Assembly (NCBI GenBank): GCA_963792415.1
Contig: CAWBVY010000006.1
Coordinates: 96,001 to 160,000, forward strand
Length of the DNA stretch: 64,000 bases
Source: Candidatus Deferrimicrobiaceae bacterium
GTDB taxonomy: Bacteria > Desulfobacterota > Deferrimicrobia > Deferrimicrobiales > Deferrimicrobiaceae
Direction of reading: 5' to 3'
Under the pieces are notes generated by a model. That model had not been told where the DNA came from. It worked only from the letters and a program-made list of their open reading frames with translations, and ran no database searches. Below are positions 13,580 to 24,418 of this stretch, in pieces. Made by a program: the position numbers and the translations under genes. Numbering within the stretch: the stretch's first letter is position 1; each line of letters opens with the position of its first letter.

Positions 13580-14457
13580 TATCGCTCCTGTATGAAAACG
13601 TTCCGGAGTCCGAGCCGCGAAGCGGCCTCGATCGCCCGGTCGTACTCCTTTCTCGTCAACTTCCTGTCGAACCCGGCGGCGGTGGCCGCCTGCCACGCCG
13701 GGAAATATTGCCCCATCAGGGACAGGGGAAGTTCCGGGCCGTGCCTTTCCGACAGATGCGCCAGCACCGCCTCCGTCTCCCCCACCCTTCCCGGAAGCAC
13801 GAGATGGCGGACGAGGACCCCCCGCGTGGCGATTCCATCGATCCCGGAGGACAGGAACCCGACCTGGCGCACCATCTCCTCGATGGCGGCTTCGTTGTGC
13901 CGCGGATAGTCGGGGGTTCCGGAAGCCCTCTCCGCAAGCTCCGCGGAACGATATTTCGCGTCCGGCAGGTAGATGTCGACGACGCCGTCGAGGAGCGCGA
14001 GCGTTTCGAGCGCGTCGTATCCGTTCGTGTTGTAGACCACCGGGAGATCGAACCCCCTGGCGCGGGCCAGAAGAATCGCCTCCAGCATCTGCGGCGCGTG
14101 CGGTGTGGGGGTGACGAAGTTGACGTTGTGAACCCCCTGCTCCCGGAGCCGAAGCATCTCGCCCGCCAGCGTTTCCGCGTCCATCTCCCGCCCGTTTCCG
14201 TACTGGCTGATCGGGTAGTTCTGGCAGAAGAGGCACTTCATGTTGCAATGGCTGAAAAAGATCGTCCCCGAGCCGCGCGCCCCCGAAATCGGCGGTTCCT
14301 CGCCGTGGTGCACGGAAACGGCCGCCACCCTCGCGAGCCGACCCGCGCCGCAGTATCCGCGCTCCCCCTCGAGGCGGTTCACGCCGCACTCCCGCGGGCA
14401 CAACCGGCAGGCGAAAAGCGCCGACATCGGCGCGGTACGTTCGGCGTGAGCGCTCAC
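13579..14457 (-). CDS. Radical SAM protein, PflX-like (PFL-activase-related)
   Basis: CRLCPREC...GYC N-terminal Cys cluster, [27 protein letters not shown] (CxxxCxxC), [17 protein letters not shown]. Confidence 0.9.
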
Positions 14458-15602
14458 AGCTCCTCCTCGCCGCAGAGGTACCGGTGGAAGCGGGTGAAGA
14501 GGTAGCGGGAGTCGTGCGGGCCGGGGGACGCCTCCGGGTGGTATTGCACGGAGAAGCAGCGCATCGAGGGAATGGAGAGCCCCTCCACGGTCCCGTCGTT
14601 CAGGTTCACGTGGGTGATCCGGGCGGCGGCGCCGAGGGAGGCGGGATCGACGGAGAAATTATGGTTCTGGCTGGTGATCTCGACCTTGCCCGTAGCGAGG
14701 TCCTTCACCGGCTGGTTGCACCCGTGGTGCCCGAACTTCAGCTTGAACGTCTTTCCTCCCAGCGCCAGCCCCATGATCTGGTGCCCGAGGCAGATCCCGA
14801 ACATCGGGACCTTCCCGAGAAGCGCGCGGACCGTCTCGACGGCGTACGGCACGCCTTCGGGGTCCCCCGGCCCGTTGGACAGGAAGACGCCGTCCGGAGA
14901 GTCCGCCAGAACCTCCGCCGCGGTGGTTCCGGCCGGCACGACGGTCACGTCGAACCCGTGGGAGACCATCATCCGGAGGATGTTCTGCTTGATCCCGAAG
15001 TCGATCGCGACGATTCGCGGGACGCGCCCGAACCTGCTCCGGAATGCGGCGGCCGGCATGTACCCCTTCTCGAGGTCCCAGTCCCCCGTGGTCCAATGGA
15101 CCGCACGGTCGGAAGTGACCTCCTTCACAAGGTCGCGCCCCACGAGGGAAGGGAGCCCCTGCGCTTTGTGCGCGAGACGATCCGGATCGAGGTCGGTCGC
15201 CGACAGGACCGCCATCTGGGAGCCTCCGTCCCGAAGACGCCGCGTGAGGGCGCGGGTGTCGATTCCCGCGATCCCGCAGACGTGATACCGCCGAAGGTAG
15301 GCGTCCAGGGACTCCACGTGGCGCCAGTTCGACGGCGGACCCCAAGCCTCCCGGACGATGAACCCCTCGACCCAGGGGCGGTTCGATTCCACGTCCTCCG
15401 GGTTGATCCCCGTGTTCCCGATCTCCGGATACGTCATCGTGACGATCTGTCCCTTGTAGGAAGGATCCGTGAGCACTTCCTGGTACCCGGTCATGCCGGT
15501 ATTGAAGACGACCTCGCCGGAGCACTCCCCCGCGTAGCCGAAGGAGGTCCCTTCATAGATCGTGCCGTCCGCGAGGACGAGAATGGCCTTCCGGTCAGGC
15601 AT
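14454..15602 (-). CDS. carA: Carbamoyl-phosphate synthase small subunit
   Basis: [45 protein letters not shown]. Confidence 0.97.
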   Translation of the reverse strand: MPDRKAILVLADGTIYEGTSFGYAGECSGEVVFNTGMTGYQEVLTDPSYKGQIVTMTYPEIGNTGINPEDVESNRPWVEGFIVREAWGPPSNWRHVESLDAYLRRYHVCGIAGIDTRALTRRLRDGGSQMAVLSATDLDPDRLAHKAQGLPSLVGRDLVKEVTSDRAVHWTTGDWDLEKGYMPAAAFRSRFGRVPRIVAIDFGIKQNILRMMVSHGFDVTVVPAGTTAAEVLADSPDGVFLSNGPGDPEGVPYAVETVRALLGKVPMFGICLGHQIMGLALGGKTFKLKFGHHGCNQPVKDLATGKVEITSQNHNFSVDPASLGAAARITHVNLNDGTVEGLSIPSMRCFSVQYHPEASPGPHDSRYLFTRFHRYLCGEEEL

Positions 15603-16896
15603 CCGCCGTGACTCCCGGGATCGTCGAGTGGCGAACCCGTCCGCCGCAGATCGTCGCGGCCGAGCGACCGCGCATCTTCCACCCGAGGAAGGGGCTGTTC
15701 TTCGACCTCGAAAGCACGTCTCCGAGCGAAAATTCCCATTCCGCATCGGGGTCGATGACCGTGACGTCGGCGTCGGCGCCGGCGGCGAGGGATCCCTTGC
15801 CGCGCAGGCCGAGAACCCTCGCGGGCCCGACGGAGAGCAGATCGACGAGACGCGCCGGAGCGACCTTTCCCCCGGCCAGCAGGGAAAGCGAGAGCGGAAG
15901 AGAGGTCTGCAGGCCGATGATGCCGTTGGCGGCGGCGGCGAATTCGCACTTCTTGACGTACGCCTCGTGCGGGGCGTGGTCGCAGGCGATCGCGTCGATC
16001 GTCCCGTCCTGGATCCCCTCGAGGATCGCCATCCGGTCCTCCTCGCCGCGCAGCGGCGGGTTCATCTTCGCGTTCGTGTCGTACCCTTCGAGCGCAGCGT
16101 CGGTCAGGGTGAAGTATTGGGGGGCCGTCTCGCCCGTGACGTCGAGCCCGGCGCGACGGGCCATCCGGAGGAGGTCGACCCCCATCCGGGTGCTGATATG
16201 CTGAATGTGGAGCTTCCCTCCCGTCTGTCGGGCGATCAGGATGTCCCGGGCGATCGCAACCTCCTCCGCGGCGGAGGGGATCCCAGGAATCCCGAGCCTC
16301 CGTGCGGTCCACCCCTCGTGCGCTGCCCCGCCGCCGGCCAGCACGGAGTCCTCGGCGTGGGAGAGGATGCGATACCCGAAAGGACGGACATACTCCATCG
16401 CGCGCCGGACCAGGAGGGGGTTCTCCACCGGTTTCCCGTCGTCGGAAAACGCCACCGCTCCGGCGTCGGCCAGTTCCGAGAAGTCCGCCATCTCCTTCCC
16501 CTCGAGCCCGAGGGTCACCGCGGCCACGGGAAAGACGTTGGCGCACCCTTCCCGAAGCGCTTTCTCGATGATGTGCCGGGTGACCTCAGGGGAATCGTTG
16601 ACCGGATTCGTATTGGCCATGCAGACGACGGAGGTGAATCCGCCGGCCGCCGCCGCGCGTGTCCCGGTGAAGATGTCCTCCTTCCACTCGTATCCCGGAT
16701 CCCGCAGGTGAACGTGCATGTCGATCAGGCCGGGCACGACCCACTTCCCTTCCGCGGAGATCACCTTCCCCTGGAACCGCGCGGGGGGTTCGCCCCCCAG
16801 GAACTCGCGGACCTTCCCGTCTTCCAGCACCAGGTGACCGATTTCGTCCCGACCGGACGCCGGGTCGATCACCCTCCCCCCCTTAATGAGCAACAT
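15595..16896 (-). CDS. pyrC: Dihydroorotase (multifunctional-complex type)
   Basis: [38 protein letters not shown]. Confidence 0.96.
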   Translation of the reverse strand: MLLIKGGRVIDPASGRDEIGHLVLEDGKVREFLGGEPPARFQGKVISAEGKWVVPGLIDMHVHLRDPGYEWKEDIFTGTRAAAAGGFTSVVCMANTNPVNDSPEVTRHIIEKALREGCANVFPVAAVTLGLEGKEMADFSELADAGAVAFSDDGKPVENPLLVRRAMEYVRPFGYRILSHAEDSVLAGGGAAHEGWTARRLGIPGIPSAAEEVAIARDILIARQTGGKLHIQHISTRMGVDLLRMARRAGLDVTGETAPQYFTLTDAALEGYDTNAKMNPPLRGEEDRMAILEGIQDGTIDAIACDHAPHEAYVKKCEFAAAANGIIGLQTSLPLSLSLLAGGKVAPARLVDLLSVGPARVLGLRGKGSLAAGADADVTVIDPDAEWEFSLGDVLSRSKNSPFLGWKMRGRSAATICGGRVRHSTIPGVTADA

Positions 16897-17815
16897 GGGA
16901 ACCTCCCGCGAGAAGGTAGAGAAGCGCCATCCGAACGGCCACCCCGGACTCGACCTGCCGCAGCACGAGGGACCGCTCGCAGTCGGCCAGCTCGTCGGAC
17001 AGCTCCACCCCGCGGTTGATCGGTCCCGGGTGCATGATCACCGCGTCGTCCTTCGCCAGGGCGAAGACATCACGGTTCAAGCCAAACCTTCGGGAATACT
17101 CCCTTAGTGATGGATAATACGCTGTTTTTTGTCTCTCAAGCTGGATCCGCAACATGATGATGACATCGGCTCCCCGGACCGCTTCACGAATGTCGCTCGT
17201 CACGACCGCCCCGGTCCGCTCCATCTCCCGGGGAACGAGGGTCGCCGGGCCGCACAGCCACAGTTTCGCCCCCATCCTCCCGAGGGAGTGGAGGTCCGAC
17301 CGGACGACACGGCTGTGCAGGATATCCCCCACGATCGCGATTTTCAGACCGGCGATCTTCCCTTTCACCTTCAGGATCGTGTAGAGGTCGAGCAGGCCCT
17401 GGGAAGGATGTTCGTTCTGGCCGTCCCCCGCGTTGATGATCGAGCAGGAGACGTGGCGGGACAGGAAAAGGGCCGCGCCCGAGGCGGAGTGCCGTACGAC
17501 GAGGATGTTGGGCTTCATCGCCTCGATGTTCCGCGCCGTGTCGAGGAGCGTCTCCCCCTTCGTGACGCTCGATGTGCTCGCGCTGAAGTTCACCACGTCG
17601 GCGGAGAGGCGCTTTCCGGCGATCTCGAACGAGGTCCGGGTCCGTGTGCTGGCTTCGAAGAACAGGTTGACCACGGTCTTCCCGCGAAGCGCGGGGACCT
17701 TCTTTATGTCGCGCGTGAGCACCTCCTCCATCGACCGCGCGGTGTCGATGACGAACTCCATCTCCTCCGGGTGGAAGTCGGACAGCCCGAGGACGTGCCG
17801 GCGATGCCATTCCAT
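16883..17815 (-). CDS. pyrB: Aspartate carbamoyltransferase catalytic subunit
   Basis: [49 protein letters not shown]. Confidence 0.97.
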   Translation of the reverse strand: MEWHRRHVLGLSDFHPEEMEFVIDTARSMEEVLTRDIKKVPALRGKTVVNLFFEASTRTRTSFEIAGKRLSADVVNFSASTSSVTKGETLLDTARNIEAMKPNILVVRHSASGAALFLSRHVSCSIINAGDGQNEHPSQGLLDLYTILKVKGKIAGLKIAIVGDILHSRVVRSDLHSLGRMGAKLWLCGPATLVPREMERTGAVVTSDIREAVRGADVIIMLRIQLERQKTAYYPSLREYSRRFGLNRDVFALAKDDAVIMHPGPINRGVELSDELADCERSLVLRQVESGVAVRMALLYLLAGGSHVAH

Positions 17816-17818
17816 GGC

Positions 17819-18379
17819 CTATTCCCCCTTCCCTGGCGGATCTTCCTTCAAAAGAACCGTCCATTCCTCCGGTGTCCCCTCGACCCGCACCAGGACGGTC
17901 TCCGTCCGGGACGTGGGGACGTTCCGTCCGACAAAGTCGGCGCGGATGGGGAGCTCGCGGTGTCCCCGGTCGATGAGGACCGCCAGCTGGATGTTCCGCG
18001 GGCGACCGAAGTCGATCAGCGCGTCCATGGCCGCCCGGATCGTCCGCCCGGTGTAAAGGACGTCGTCGACCAGAATCACCTTCTTGTCGTCGATGGAGAA
18101 AGGGATTTCCGTCCGCTTCATGCGCGCCTGGTATCCCGCGCGGGCAAGGTCGTCCCGGTAGAGGGTGATGTCGACGAATCCGGTGGGGACGTCGTCCCCT
18201 TCGATCACCCGGATCTTCCGCCGGATCACCTGGGAAAGGGGGATCCCCCCGGAGGCGATTCCGACGAGGACGATCTGCCCCGCCCCCTTGTTCTTCTCGA
18301 TGATCTCGTGGGTCAGGCGGGAGAGAACGCGCTCAACGCCCTTGCCGTCCAGGAGGGTCTTCAGGCCGGTTTTCTTCAT
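17819..18379 (-). CDS. pyrR: Bifunctional pyr operon attenuation regulator / uracil phosphoribosyltransferase
   Basis: DITLYRDD, VDDVLYTGRTIRAA, DRGHRELPIRADFVG. Confidence 0.96.
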   Translation of the reverse strand: MKKTGLKTLLDGKGVERVLSRLTHEIIEKNKGAGQIVLVGIASGGIPLSQVIRRKIRVIEGDDVPTGFVDITLYRDDLARAGYQARMKRTEIPFSIDDKKVILVDDVLYTGRTIRAAMDALIDFGRPRNIQLAVLIDRGHRELPIRADFVGRNVPTSRTETVLVRVEGTPEEWTVLLKEDPPGKGE

Positions 18380-18393
18380 GGGGTCCGCCTCTT

Positions 18394-18629
18394 AGCCCGC
18401 ATTTCTCACCAGCCTTCTACTACGGCGGCGGATACGGGCATGTCTACTGCGTTGTGCCCCTCTTCCCGCGTTCGGGGTACCCCAGGGAGCGTAATCCGTA
18501 CGGGAGTGGGGCGCTCGGTCGGGCTCCTCAGCGTAGTGTTAACTACGCCTCCGGGGCCCTCGGTCGCGCGCCTTGTATCCACGCCCATCTCCACCACCTC
18601 GCTACGAACCCTGGTGAGAAATGCGGGCT
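18394..18629. mobile_element. Putative MITE-like non-coding element with perfect 19-bp terminal inverted repeats
   Basis: AGCCCGCATTTCTCACCAG (18394-18412) is the exact reverse complement of CTGGTGAGAAATGCGGGCT (18611-18629); nested internal inverted arms; no credible ORF. Confidence 0.7.
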
Positions 18630-18658
18630 GGTCCCGGCCGGTGTGCCGGCGTCGGGAG

Positions 18659-18693
18659 AAAAAAAAATGCCTCTCCGGCGTTGCGGAGAGGCA
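18659..18693 (-). terminator. Attenuator (rho-independent) terminator of the pyr leader
   Basis: 10-bp stem TGCCTCTCCG/CGGAGAGGCA followed on the minus strand by a T9 tract, just downstream of the PyrR site. Confidence 0.88.
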
Positions 18694-18715
18694 GAATCGT
18701 GATGGGCGACTCTTC

Positions 18716-18752
18716 ATCCTTTGCTAACCTCACGGGATTAGCTTAAAAGGCC
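18716..18752 (-). ncRNA. PyrR-binding leader RNA (anti-antiterminator stem-loop)
   Basis: Minus strand CCTTTTAAGCTAATCCCGTGAGGTTAGCAAAGGAT matches the PyrR binding-loop consensus (UUUAA ... ARUCCNGNGAGGYU); lies upstream of pyrR. Confidence 0.88.
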
Positions 18753-18759
18753 ATCTGGG

Positions 18760-18788
18760 ATACTACCCCCATCCCCCACACGAGTCAA
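18760..18788 (-). promoter_or_regulatory. Sigma70-type promoter of the pyr operon
   Basis: TTGACT-N17-TAGTAT immediately upstream of the PyrR leader. Confidence 0.8.
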
Positions 18789-18809
18789 CGGCAAAGGGAA
18801 GGAGCGGCG

Positions 18810-19481
18810 CTACCGCAAAACCCGGCCGATCCGGTCCCAGCGGACCAGCTCGGGGAAACGCCCCACGTCCGTCCAGCCGATGCCACGATTCCAGTCGATG
18901 GAGAAGTAGATGAACAGCGCCTTGCCGATGACGGCGTCCATGTCGACGAACCCCCAGAATCGGGAGTCGTACGAACGGTCCCGATTGTCCCCCATCATGA
19001 AGAGTTTCCCGGCGGGCACCCGGACGGGGGGCATGTTGTCCCTGCCGCGAATGAAGGCGTCAGAGTTTCTTCCGTCCGCGAAACGCGTGTACCCTTCCAC
19101 GAGAGGGGTCCCGTTGATGTACACCGTCTTCTGCCGGACCTCCACGACGTCTCCCGGAGTCCCGACGACCCGCTTGATGAAATCCTTGCTCGGGTCCTCG
19201 GGGAAGACGAAGACCACGATATCGCCCCGTTTCGGCGTGTTGAAGGCGAGGATCCGCCCCTTCGTGTACGGCACGTGGTACCCGTAGACGAACTTGTTGA
19301 CGAAGATGTGGTCGCCGATCAGGAGGGTGTCCTCCATCGAGCCCGAAGGGATCTTGAACGCCTGCAGGAGAAGGGTGCGGACGATCAGGGCGATGATCAG
19401 CGCGACGCCGAACGCCTCGGCGTACTCCCGGGCCTTCCCCTTCTTCGACCCCTCCAGCCTCTCCGGAACGTCTTGCCGCAT
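18810..19481 (-). CDS. lepB: Signal peptidase I
   Basis: TM segment, IPSGSMEDTLLIGD (catalytic Ser), FIKRVVG (catalytic Lys), GDNRDRSYDSRFWG; follows lepA. Confidence 0.95.
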   Translation of the reverse strand: MRQDVPERLEGSKKGKAREYAEAFGVALIIALIVRTLLLQAFKIPSGSMEDTLLIGDHIFVNKFVYGYHVPYTKGRILAFNTPKRGDIVVFVFPEDPSKDFIKRVVGTPGDVVEVRQKTVYINGTPLVEGYTRFADGRNSDAFIRGRDNMPPVRVPAGKLFMMGDNRDRSYDSRFWGFVDMDAVIGKALFIYFSIDWNRGIGWTDVGRFPELVRWDRIGRVLR

Positions 19482-19486
19482 CCCGA

Positions 19487-21285
19487 CTACTCCTTGACCT
19501 TGAGGATCGAGAGAAACGCCTCCTGGGGGATCTCGACGGAGCCGACCTGCTTCATCCGCTTCTTCCCTTCCTTCTGCTTCTCCAGGAGCTTCCGCTTCCT
19601 GGAGATGTCGCCGCCGTAGCATTTCGCGATGACGTTCTTCCGGATCGCCTTGACCGACTCCCTGGCGATGATCTTGCCGCCGATCGCCGCCTGGATGACC
19701 ACCTCGAACATCTGGCGGGGGATCAATTTCCGCAGGCGCTCCGTAACGTCCCGCCCCTTCGGGTACGCGTTGTCCCGGTGGACGATGAGCGAAAGGGCAT
19801 CCACCTTGTCCCCGTTGAGCAGGATGTCCAGGCGGACCAGGTTGGATTGCTGAAATCGGAGAAAGTCGTAATCCATCGAGGCGTAGCCGCGCGAGGCGGT
19901 CTTGAGCTTGTCGTAGAAGTCGAGAACGATCTCGTTCAGCGGCAGTTCGTACTCGAGGATGACCCGGGCCGCCGAGACGAACTTCATCTGCCGCTGCACG
20001 CCCCGCCGCTCCTCGCAAAGCTTGAGGACATTTCCCAGGTATTCCGCCGGGAGGTGGATCGTCGCGTGGATGATCGGCTCCTCGATATGGTCAAGCTCGA
20101 GCGGCTCCGGGAGCCGGGCGGGGCTATCGACTTCGAGGACCGTGCCGTCGATCTTCACGGCGCGATATCCGACCGTGGGAGCCGTGGTGATGAGTTGTAC
20201 GTCGTACTCGCGCTCGAGCCGTTCCTGGACGATCTCCATGTGGAGCAGCCCGAGAAATCCGCACCGGAAACCGAATCCCAGCGCCACGGAACTCTCCGGC
20301 TCCGCCGTGAACGAGGAGTCGTTCAGCCTGAGCTTGTCGATCGCCGTCCGCAGCTGGGGATATTGGTCGGAGGCAAGCGGGTAGACGCCCGCGAACACCA
20401 TCGGCCGGACGACTTTGAACCCGGGCAGCGGCCGGGGGGTGGGATGGCGCGCGTCGGTGATCGTGTCTCCCACCTTCGTCTCGGTCAGGTCCTTGATGTT
20501 GGCGATCACGAAACCGACTTCCCCGGTCCCCAGCGCCTGCAATTCCTTCGGGTGGGGAGAGAAGACGCCGACCTTCTGCACCTCGAACGAATTCCCCGTC
20601 GCCATGAAGGTGACCTTCTGGCCGGACCGGATCGCGCCGTCCAGCACCCGGGCCAGAACGACCACGCCGGCGTAGTTGTCGAACCAGGAATCGATGATCA
20701 GCGCCTTGGTCGGAGCGTCCGGATCCCCCTCGGGGGGGGGATCCCCTTGATCACCTTTTCGAGCAGTTCCGGGACGCCGGTCCCTTTCTTCGCGCTGACC
20801 GCAAGGATCCCGGAGGTGTCGAGGCCGATGACGTCCTCGATCTCCTGCCGTACCCGTTCGGTCTCGGCGTTCGGAAGATCGATCTTGTTCAGAACGGGGA
20901 TGACCTCGAGGTTCAGATCGAGTGCCATGTAGACGTTGGCCAGCGTCTGCGCCTCGACGCCCTGCGACGCGTCGACGACGAGGATCGCGCCTTCGCAGGC
21001 GCTGAGGCTGCGGGACACCTCGTAGGAGAAATCGACATGGCCGGGGGTGTCGATCAGGTTGAGGATGTACTCCTTTCCGTCCTCCGCGCGATGGCGCATC
21101 CGGACGGTCTGGGCCTTGATCGTGATCCCGCGCTCACGCTCGAGGTCCATCTTGTCCAGGAACTGGTCGACCTTCTCCCGGTCCGAAAGGGTCCCGGTGA
21201 TCTCGAGGAGCCGATCGGCCAGGGTGGACTTCCCGTGGTCGATGTGGGCGATGATGGAAAAATTTCGGATGTTCTCTATTCGCAT
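19487..21285 (-). pseudogene. lepA: Translation elongation factor 4 (LepA), split by a 1-nt frameshift (sequencing error or true mutation)
   Basis: ORF 20698-21285 ([26 protein letters not shown]) and ORF 19487-20665 ([36 protein letters not shown]) are in different frames. One extra base in the G9 run at 20732-20740 restores [24 protein letters not shown]. Confidence 0.9.
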
Positions 21286-21287
21286 GT

Positions 21288-22226
21288 CTACCAGTTTCCG
21301 GAGGATTTCACCTTGTCTCGGAAGTACGCCAGCGTGAGGGCGAGTCCTTCTTCCAACGAGACGTCAGGATACCACCCCAATTCGTTGAAGGCCATCCCGT
21401 TTTCGATGACCGACCGGCGCTGCTCTCCCGGCATCGCCGGCCCGTGGATCTCTTCCTGGCGGCTCCCGGAGAGGTCCCGCAGCGTCCGGAAGAGGGTGTT
21501 CACGTCGGTCTCGATCCCGGTCCCGATGTTGACGGAGAGCCCGTCCCCCCGGTCGAGCGCCGAGAGATTGGCGCGCACGACATCCCCCACGTAGACGTAA
21601 TCGCGGGTCTGGAGCCCGTCGCCGTTGATGAGGGCGGGCTGTCCCTTCAACAGCCGCTCGCAGAAGATGGCGACCACGCCGGCCTCCCCGTGGGGATCCT
21701 GTCGCGGCCCGTACACGTTCGAGTACCGCAGCGCGGTGTACTCCAGCCCATACTGAACACGGTAGTACTGGAGGTAGAGCTCCACGGACACCTTCGCCAC
21801 CCCGTACGGGGAGACGGGCTTCAGCGGATGCTTTTCGTCCGCGGGGAAGTACTCCTGTTCCCCGTACCCGGCGCCTCCGGAGGAGGAGAAGGTCACCTTC
21901 CGGACCCCGTGCTCCCGCGCCGCCTCGAGAAGAACGAGCGTGCTGACGATGTTCTCCTTCGCATCGAAGACCGGATCGGCCACGGACTTGCGCACGTTGA
22001 TCTGCGCCGCGTGGTGGCAGAGGACCTCCGGCCGGAAGGTACGGACCGCCTCGACGGCGGTTTCCGACCCCGCGTCCCCGAATACGAACCGCGCGCCTTC
22101 CGGGACGTTCTCCTTCTTCCCGGAGGAAAGGTTGTCCAGCACCAGTACCTCGTGACCCGCTTCGACGTACGCCTGCGCGACGTGGGAGCCGATGAACCCC
22201 GCCCCCCCGGTGACCATGACCCGCAT
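21288..22226 (-). CDS. NAD-dependent epimerase/dehydratase (UDP-glucose 4-epimerase-like)
   Basis: [20 protein letters not shown] (YxxxK), [29 protein letters not shown]. Confidence 0.93.
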   Translation of the reverse strand: MRVMVTGGAGFIGSHVAQAYVEAGHEVLVLDNLSSGKKENVPEGARFVFGDAGSETAVEAVRTFRPEVLCHHAAQINVRKSVADPVFDAKENIVSTLVLLEAAREHGVRKVTFSSSGGAGYGEQEYFPADEKHPLKPVSPYGVAKVSVELYLQYYRVQYGLEYTALRYSNVYGPRQDPHGEAGVVAIFCERLLKGQPALINGDGLQTRDYVYVGDVVRANLSALDRGDGLSVNIGTGIETDVNTLFRTLRDLSGSRQEEIHGPAMPGEQRRSVIENGMAFNELGWYPDVSLEEGLALTLAYFRDKVKSSGNW

Positions 22227-22267
22227 CGATTCTCCCTTCGTCCTCGGAATTGTCCGTTGTCGGCGCT

Positions 22268-24418
22268 TCAGATCCCCCCGGAACCGATCCCCTTGAGCCC
22301 GAACGTAAATTTGATGCTCGTGTCGTCCGGTTGCGTCTTCCGCTCGACGCTGAACCCGACGTTCCAGCAGTCGCTTTGCGGATACACCGACACCCCTACC
22401 CCCCCCTCGGAAAGGTTGCCGTTCAACAAGGAGTAGCTCGCCAGCGCCTGAAGGCGGAGCCAGCGGAGCATGCGCCACGCGAAGGTCCCCCGCACGTCTT
22501 CCGCCAGGTCCCGGGATAGCCGGTACTCGACGAGGAACCGGTGATCGTCGTCCTTCTTATATTCCCCGCTGACCGCACCGACCGTGAAGCTGCTCTCCAC
22601 CGGATCGAAGAGCGTCTCGCCCTGGAACCGCCACTGCTCGTTGGCGTTCCACCCGGCCCTTGCGTAGAGGTCCGAGGAGGCGGTGTTCTTTTCCGGGGGA
22701 CGACCCGCCCCCGTGTCGATCTGGTCCCGCAACGCCCGGACGTACGGAGCAAGCGGATCAACATAGGGGCTCCCCGATCGCTCGTTTCCTCCGAGATCAT
22801 AGGCCCACTCGATGTGGAACGACAGGACCTCCTTCGGGGCCGCGCCCTCCTTCACCCCGAGAAGACGCTGTGAAAGCGTCAAGAGAAACTGGCTCTGGGG
22901 CGCCAGACGCGACCATTGATCGGTGACGGGAAGTTCGTCCTGGTCGATCTTCGGAACGTAAAGGAACCCCACCGAAGCCCCGGCCGAATGGACGAGAGCC
23001 TTCCCTGGGATATCCTTGCGGGCATCCGCCGATAGCGTCGCCCCGCCTCCGGGCACGAAGCGCCCGCGATCGGACGGGGCGTCCCCCGGAGACGGTTCGA
23101 AACGGGTCCCGAGGACGTCCGCGAAGAGGTACGGCACCAGGGTGAAGGAACGGTAGAGCGGAATCGCCCGTGAAACCTCCCCGTACCCCCTCGCGCGAAG
23201 CTCGTCGTTGCCATCCCCGCGTTGGAACCGGGTCGCGGAGACCTCCCCGGCAAGATCGATCCCCGCGACAGGGATCCCCACGGGCAGGAGGCTCATCGTG
23301 TATTCCGGCACCCGCTGCGCGGTATTGTCCGGCCCGGGAGTCTCCTGGAGGTCCTTGTTCCACACAACCGAGAGCGCGTGTTCCGAATTCGTTCCCGTGA
23401 CGGAAACGAACCCTTCCGATCGGGCATAGCGCGCCCACAGGAGCGCATTATTGTCGACCAGGTCGAGGTAGTAGTTCGGGTCGGTTGGCACTTCCAGGGC
23501 CGCGTTCGCGGTAAAGGGACCCGAAAGGAAAACGTTTTCCCCGAAAAACCGGCCCCGGTTCCCCTCATATTCGCGGTCCCGGAAATAGGTCGCGCGGAAC
23601 GCCCCCACGGATTCCGGATTCAGGGCGAAGCGGTACTCGACTTCCGGACGGTATCCGCGATGGCTCATCGCGTCGAGACTCACGGTGGCATCGCTCCAGC
23701 GGTTGATCACCTGGTAGTACGGCACGTGCAGCGTGTATCCCCTGGACTTGTTCACGGAGAAGCTCGGGAGCAGAAACCCGCTCTGCCGGGTCATCTTGAC
23801 GGGAAACGCCCCCCACGGCAGCCACAGGACGGGAACACCGCGGATGCGGAACGTGATATCCTTCCCGACCGCGTACTTGTCGATCGTGACCTTCGCCCGG
23901 CGCACCTCGAATTTCCAGTCCGGCTCGGGATCGCACGGGCATGTGGTCAGCATCCCCTTTTCGATCAGGAACGAACTCTTTCCCGTCTTCTCGATCTTCT
24001 GGCTCGCGATCTGATAATTGCTGCTGCTGATCCGGATGGTACCGTTGTAGAGGACTCCCTTCTCCGAGTCGAGGTTGATCGTGATCCGGTCGAACGCGAA
24101 CTCCTCGTCCGCGTCCTTGTAGCGCACCTTCCCGGTCAGGTCCGCCTCCCCCGTGGTCGAATCGTACCGGATCCGGTCGGCACGCATCGTCCTGGTCCCG
24201 AATCCCATTTCGACGTTCCCTTCCGCAACGGCGACCCCGGTCTCCTCGTCGTAGGAGAGGGTGTCGGCGGTCATGCGAACCGGGGCGTCGAGTCGGATCC
24301 CCGGTTTCGCGAGATCCTTCAGGGCAGGGGGGAGGGGAAAACGCGCCTCCGCGGAGACGTCCGCTGCGCCTGCTGCGATCAGAAGGAGACCGACGGCGAG
24401 CCGACGGAGACGATTCAA
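22268..24418 (-). CDS. lptD: LPS-assembly protein LptD-like outer-membrane beta-barrel
   Basis: Signal peptide; OstA-like ADTLSYD...AEGNV...ADRIRYD jellyroll; TTCPC; RQSGFLLPS; C-terminal SDCW...FTFGLKGIG. TTG start overlaps the folC stop. Confidence 0.85.
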   Translation of the reverse strand: MNRLRRLAVGLLLIAAGAADVSAEARFPLPPALKDLAKPGIRLDAPVRMTADTLSYDEETGVAVAEGNVEMGFGTRTMRADRIRYDSTTGEADLTGKVRYKDADEEFAFDRITINLDSEKGVLYNGTIRISSSNYQIASQKIEKTGKSSFLIEKGMLTTCPCDPEPDWKFEVRRAKVTIDKYAVGKDITFRIRGVPVLWLPWGAFPVKMTRQSGFLLPSFSVNKSRGYTLHVPYYQVINRWSDATVSLDAMSHRGYRPEVEYRFALNPESVGAFRATYFRDREYEGNRGRFFGENVFLSGPFTANAALEVPTDPNYYLDLVDNNALLWARYARSEGFVSVTGTNSEHALSVVWNKDLQETPGPDNTAQRVPEYTMSLLPVGIPVAGIDLAGEVSATRFQRGDGNDELRARGYGEVSRAIPLYRSFTLVPYLFADVLGTRFEPSPGDAPSDRGRFVPGGGATLSADARKDIPGKALVHSAGASVGFLYVPKIDQDELPVTDQWSRLAPQSQFLLTLSQRLLGVKEGAAPKEVLSFHIEWAYDLGGNERSGSPYVDPLAPYVRALRDQIDTGAGRPPEKNTASSDLYARAGWNANEQWRFQGETLFDPVESSFTVGAVSGEYKKDDDHRFLVEYRLSRDLAEDVRGTFAWRMLRWLRLQALASYSLLNGNLSEGGVGVSVYPQSDCWNVGFSVERKTQPDDTSIKFTFGLKGIGSGGI

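Noticed and set aside
13580-14401. Apparent N-terminal extensions or fusions in the ORF track (carB 1364 aa, lptD 885 aa, folC 687 aa, trpGD 682 aa, lepB 402 aa)
   Set aside because: The extensions overlap upstream genes in another frame and read as Arg/Pro/Gly-rich noise. True starts coincide with stop/start overlaps or SD sites.
18406-18717. Small ORFs in the pyr leader (18406-18717 minus, 18454-18702 plus)
   Set aside because: They run through the terminator and the inverted-repeat element, and their products have no recognisable protein features.
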